From: the human T2T-CHM13v2.0 reference genome, Homo sapiens
NCBI RefSeq assembly: GCF_009914755.1
Contig: NC_060936.1
Reading direction: 5' to 3' (one strand)
DNA length: 64,000 nt
Positions within the stretch are counted from its first letter, which is position 1. Every line of letters starts with the position of its first letter. The notes under the pieces were generated by a model that did not search any database, had not been told where the DNA came from, and was given only the letters and a program-made list of their open reading frames with translations. Both the position numbers and the translations under genes were made by a program. Positions 63,976-64,000 of this stretch are shown here, one piece after another.

Positions 63976-64000
63976 GCCAGTTATTTGTTACATGTATTTT

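Overview
Human (primate) genomic DNA, recognisable as the KLRG1-A2M interval of 12p13.31. The left end holds the last coding exons and 3' UTR of KLRG1 (+). The right end holds the last five exons of A2M (-), convergent with KLRG1. The ~45 kb between them is mostly repeats (near-full-length old L1, many Alus, THE1, MLT, MER4/LTR8/MER21/MER52 LTRs, Tigger3b/MER6/Tigger4 DNA transposons) plus two processed pseudogenes (HNRNPA1-derived, VDAC2-derived). The main unannotated-looking signal is a second, decayed set of A2M-family terminal exons (homologues of A2M exons 32-36) at ~47.8-51.8 kb on the minus strand. It keeps exon order, two exact exon sizes, most splice sites, a stop codon and a polyA signal, so it is an intron-containing macroglobulin gene fossil, possibly the human remnant of the murinoglobulin locus. 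A CpG-retaining MER52 LTR (56.5-58.9 kb) lies upstream of it and appears to be the bidirectional promoter of LINC00612 (-) and A2M-AS1 (+), which suggests the LTR-driven lncRNA reuses the fossil's 3' end. Gene and repeat names come from recalled sequences, not database searches, and repeat boundaries are approximate.
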